From IMG/VR virus record IMGVR_UViG_3300037762_000210, positions 1 through 49,396 of that record: 49,396 nt of DNA. One strand, 5' to 3'. This stretch comes from a virus. Its lineage: Duplodnaviria; Caudoviricetes. Positions 46,757 through 49,396 of the stretch are shown here, in pieces. Both the position numbers and the translations under genes were made by a program. The first letter of the stretch is position 1. Every line of letters starts with the position of its first letter. The notes below the pieces were generated by a model. The model saw only the letters and a program-made list of their open reading frames with translations, had not been told where the DNA came from and searched no databases.

Positions 46757-47338
46757 ATGACGACCACCACCGCCCCGAAGAAACCACGCGCCACCCCGAA
46801 ACGCTCGCCGGTCTCCGCCCCCGAGCTCGACGCCCTGGACAGGTTCGTGAAGGAGGCGCGCGTGAATCCGCTACGCGCGATCCAGATCATGCTCTGGCGC
46901 GCGCGCATGCAAAACCCAGACATGTACGTCCGGGTGAACGAAGCCGATCTGAAGGGATTTGCCGACTGCGTCGCCTACCTCAAGGTAAAGCCCACGGTGA
47001 TCATCCACCGCGAGCCCGGCATCCCGGCGCAGCCCGGGATCCCGGCGAGCGGCAACCGTCGCGCCGTGCCGCCCCGAGAAGCCGTGGCCCCCAAGCCCTA
47101 CGCCGTGATCGCGCTCGTCGAGGAACGCGAGGGCACGCCCACCATGAACACGATCCGCCCGGTCGAGAACAACGCCGAAGACTACGACCGCTCGCTCGAA
47201 GTCGCCGCCCAGCGAAAGGCCCGCGACCAAGCGCCCGATCTCGCGGCGCGGCTCCTGAACGCCTCGAGGACCGGGGACTTCTCCTCGAGCGACCTGCAGG
47301 ACGCGGCGAACGCGCTCGTCCTTCTCTCGCGCGCATGA
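46757..47338 (+). CDS. Hypothetical protein
   Basis: AGGAGGAG RBS; 193 aa; EPGIPAQPGIPA repeat. Confidence 0.65.
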   Translation: MTTTTAPKKPRATPKRSPVSAPELDALDRFVKEARVNPLRAIQIMLWRARMQNPDMYVRVNEADLKGFADCVAYLKVKPTVIIHREPGIPAQPGIPASGNRRAVPPREAVAPKPYAVIALVEEREGTPTMNTIRPVENNAEDYDRSLEVAAQRKARDQAPDLAARLLNASRTGDFSSSDLQDAANALVLLSRA

Positions 47339-48384
47339 ACGCCATTCCCGCCCGGCGGGTGGCGGTAGTGGCTGAACTCTCGGCCAATCACCACGGTAAC
47401 CTCCAGCAGGCGCTCGCTCTGGTCGACGCCGCGGCGCGCGCCGGCGCGCACGCGGTGAAGATCCAAACCTGGCACCCGGACCTGATGGTGCTCGACCGGG
47501 CTCACGTGCTCGAGCGCGGCCCTTGGGCGGGGAAGTGCCTCGTGGACCTCTACGCCGAGGCCCACACCCCGTGGGAGTGGCACGCCCCGATCTTCGAGCG
47601 CGCCGCCGAGCGCGGCATCGTGGGCTTTACCAGTGTCTTCGACCGCGAGAGCCTGGACTACCTCGAACGCCACCATCGCTGCCCGGTCTACAAGGTTGCG
47701 TCCTTCGAGCTCGTGGACCTGCAGCTGATCCAGGCGATCACGAAGACCGGCAAGCCCATCATCTTGTCGGCCGGCATGGCCACGCGCCTCGAGATCGAAG
47801 AAGCCGTGGCCGCCGCGCGCACCGCTGGCGCGCTGGACATCACAGTGCTGAAGTGCACGAGCGTCTACCCGGCCGGGCCGGAAGCCGCGAACCTGCGCAC
47901 CCTGCGCGACATCGCCGAGCGCTTCGGCGTGCGCCCGGGCCTATCGGACCACACCACCGGGGTCGGGGTGGCGATAGCCGCTGCCGCGCTTGGGGCCAAG
48001 GTGATCGAAAAACACCTGAAAATCCACCGCGACGCGGGCGGACTGGACGGCGCCTTTTCGATCGACCCAGAGGGCATGGCGCTCCTTGTCGCGGGCGTCG
48101 AAGCCGCGGCCGTTGCGCCTGGCGATGCTGTCTACGGGCCGACGATCGCCGAAGGCCCGCAACTCGAGCTCAGGCGCAGCCTCTACCTCGCCAAACCCGT
48201 ACGCGCGGGCGAGACGCTCACCGCCCAGCACATCAGGACGGCGCGCCCGGCGCGCGGGCTCTCCCCGCGCTACCTTGGACGCCTCATCGGGCGCCAAGCG
48301 CTCTGCGACGCCCCAGCCGGCACGCCGCTCACCTGGGGCCTGATCGAGCCAGCCGACGCCATCGCCGCCGCCAGCAATAACTGA
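47335..48384 (+). CDS. pseI: Pseudaminic acid synthase (NeuB family, C-terminal SAF domain)
   Basis: AELSANHHG, VKIQT, AHTPWEWH, YKVASFE, LKCTS.YP, GLSDHT, IEKH and RRSLY...RPA.GL.P motifs. Confidence 0.9.
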   Translation: MNAIPARRVAVVAELSANHHGNLQQALALVDAAARAGAHAVKIQTWHPDLMVLDRAHVLERGPWAGKCLVDLYAEAHTPWEWHAPIFERAAERGIVGFTSVFDRESLDYLERHHRCPVYKVASFELVDLQLIQAITKTGKPIILSAGMATRLEIEEAVAAARTAGALDITVLKCTSVYPAGPEAANLRTLRDIAERFGVRPGLSDHTTGVGVAIAAAALGAKVIEKHLKIHRDAGGLDGAFSIDPEGMALLVAGVEAAAVAPGDAVYGPTIAEGPQLELRRSLYLAKPVRAGETLTAQHIRTARPARGLSPRYLGRLIGRQALCDAPAGTPLTWGLIEPADAIAAASNN

Positions 48385-48389
48385 GGCCT

Positions 48390-49396
48390 ATGAAAAACAG
48401 TAACTTACGGCTCGAATACCGGGCGGTCACGAAGCTACGGCCCTACACGAAGAACGCCCGCGTGCACCCGCCCGAGCAGATCGACAAGATCAAGCGCCTG
48501 ATCCAGACGGTGGGCTTCGTCGTGCCGATCCTGGTTGACGGCCGAAACGGCATCCTGAAGGGCCACGGGAGCCTCCAAGCGGCGCTGCAGCTCGGCATGC
48601 AGCGCGTGCCCGTGATCGAGCTCTCGGGGCTCTCCGAGGGCGAGCGGCGCGCCTACCTCCTCGCCGACAACCGGGTGGCGCTCGATGCAGGCTGGGACGA
48701 CAAACTCCTCGCGATCGAGCTCGGCGACCTGAAGAAGATGGGCATGGACCTTGCGGCTACGGGTTTCACCGCCAAGGAGCTCGCCTTCTCGCTCGAGCCC
48801 GACCCGGGCGAGCCGACCGAGCCCCAGGTGCCAGCGCTGCCCAAGCACGCCGTGAGCCGCATGGGCGACATCTGGGCGCTGGGGGAGCACCGCCTCGGAT
48901 GCGGCGATGCGACAAAGAGCGCCGACCTGAAGGCACTCATGCAGGGCCAGAAGGCCCAGGTCGTCTTCACCGACCCGCCCTACGGTATCAGCTACGAGTC
49001 CCCGAGCGGGGGCTTCGAGCTGATCAAGGGTGACGACCTACGCCGTGGCCAGCTCTACAGTCTCCTGCATGGGGCCTTCGCCGCAGCGCTCCCCCACACC
49101 CGCGAGGACACGGCCTGGTACGTCTGGCACGCGACGGGCACGCGGGAGGACTTCGCCAAGGCGCTGCGCGACGTGGGGCTCGTCGAGCTTGGCGTGATCA
49201 TCTGGGCGAAGCCCGGGATGGTGCTCGGGTGGTCGGACTACCGCTGGGCGCACGAGCCGTGCTTCTACGCCGCGAGACAGGGCGTGCGGCCCGCCTGGCA
49301 CGGGGATCGCACCCAGACCACCCTGTGGCGCCTGGGCGCGCGTAGCGCGAAGGGCGAGCCCCACGCGGCCATCGGCGCCGGCATCATCCTCACCAC
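48390..49396 (+). CDS. ParB N-terminal domain / DNA methyltransferase fusion (3' truncated)
   Basis: Translated by hand from ATG 48390: LRPY.KNARVH...GF..PILVD...GHG...ADNR...WD, then GDIW.LGEHRL.CGDAT and FTDPPY; a type usually found just before terminase. Confidence 0.85.
   Translation, partial: MKNSNLRLEYRAVTKLRPYTKNARVHPPEQIDKIKRLIQTVGFVVPILVDGRNGILKGHGSLQAALQLGMQRVPVIELSGLSEGERRAYLLADNRVALDAGWDDKLLAIELGDLKKMGMDLAATGFTAKELAFSLEPDPGEPTEPQVPALPKHAVSRMGDIWALGEHRLGCGDATKSADLKALMQGQKAQVVFTDPPYGISYESPSGGFELIKGDDLRRGQLYSLLHGAFAAALPHTREDTAWYVWHATGTREDFAKALRDVGLVELGVIIWAKPGMVLGWSDYRWAHEPCFYAARQGVRPAWHGDRTQTTLWRLGARSAKGEPHAAIGAGIILT

Noticed and set aside
1-49396. tRNA, rRNA, CRISPR array, IS elements
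   Set aside because: No cloverleaf, regularly spaced repeat-spacer array or transposase motif was seen by eye; tRNAscan-SE and CRISPR finders would confirm.

Overview
The window is most of the genome of a high-GC, short-tailed (podovirus-like, BPP-1/epsilon15-type gene order) dsDNA phage, probably of a proteobacterial host. It begins inside the portal gene and ends inside a ParB-methyltransferase gene; terminase and the portal N-terminus lie outside the window. Modules in order: virion genes (portal C-terminus, scaffold, capsid, tail tube A/B, ejection proteins, two duplicated fibre/spike modules; 1-23.2 kb), lysis (23.2-25.3 kb), a leftward early operon with an SSB (25.6-29.2 kb), divergent promoters, HTH regulator, replication initiator and RuvC (29.3-31 kb), then a mosaic accessory region with three DNA methyltransferases and an HNH endonuclease (31-39 kb). 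The standout is 39-48.4 kb: a phage-embedded, nearly complete pseudaminic-acid-type nonulosonic acid pathway (PseB, PseC, PseF, PseI, PseH-like GNAT, Pse-associated methylase, WbuX/PseA-type amidotransferase, HisF-like partner). It also contains a Maf/Cst-II-like candidate glycosyltransferase, and the virion proteins are unusually Ser/Thr-rich, which together suggest a phage-encoded virion (or host-surface) glycosylation system. Other notable items: a C5-cytosine methyltransferase with a second subunit nested in an alternative reading frame, a LAGLIDADG-like endonuclease that captured and re-supplied the methylase N-terminus, an ADP-ribosyltransferase-like domain inside an ejection protein, and a structured 300-nt capsid leader. 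All family calls come from motifs read by eye and from synteny; no searches were run.
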